Shown in pieces: positions 63,987-64,000 of a stretch of 64,000 nucleotides of DNA. The notes under the pieces are model-generated. The model was not told where the DNA came from. It saw only the letters and a list, made by a program, of their open reading frames with translations, and made no database searches. Origin of the DNA: Takakia lepidozioides (taxonomy: Eukaryota > Plantae > Bryophyta); assembly GCA_030704615.1 (NCBI GenBank), contig CM060731.1:11346001-11410000 (forward strand), written 5' to 3'. Numbering within the stretch: position 1 is the first letter of the stretch; the number at the start of each line of letters is the position of its first letter. Made by a program: the position numbers and the translations under genes.

Positions 63987-64000
63987 TAACCGTTCCGCCT

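Overview
Eukaryotic nuclear DNA from an intron-containing land plant, most likely a non-seed plant (bryophyte- or lycophyte-like; the taxon is inferred, not proven). Host genes: an LRR receptor-like (pseudo)kinase (+, 3.1-7.2 kb), a nardilysin-like M16A metallopeptidase (-, 8.6-19.7 kb), an intronless single-C2H2 zinc-finger ORF (+, 20.8-21.4 kb), an inositol polyphosphate multikinase with an AT-AC U12 intron (+, 26.1-29.9 kb), a DUF4336 plastid-type protein with a GC-AG intron (+, 56.1-59.8 kb), and a microbial-type SMP-30/gluconolactonase (+, 61.1 kb to the window end). An F-box/kelch-like pseudogene is split by a 1-kb element flanked by TTAA, resembling piggyBac. The 39.9-54.6 kb block is a retrotransposon nest. 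An L1/Tx1-type LINE is broken into two oppositely oriented halves, apparently by a ~7 kb inversion. Between them lies a Dualen/RandI-like non-LTR element whose polyprotein reads RT, chromodomain, PCIF1/Dam-like N6-adenine methyltransferase-like domain, RNase H, CCHC knuckle, restriction-like endonuclease. This apparent chromatin reader plus methyl-writer cassette inside a LINE is the most novel signal in the window. All family assignments come from motif recognition by eye and need HMM or structure confirmation.
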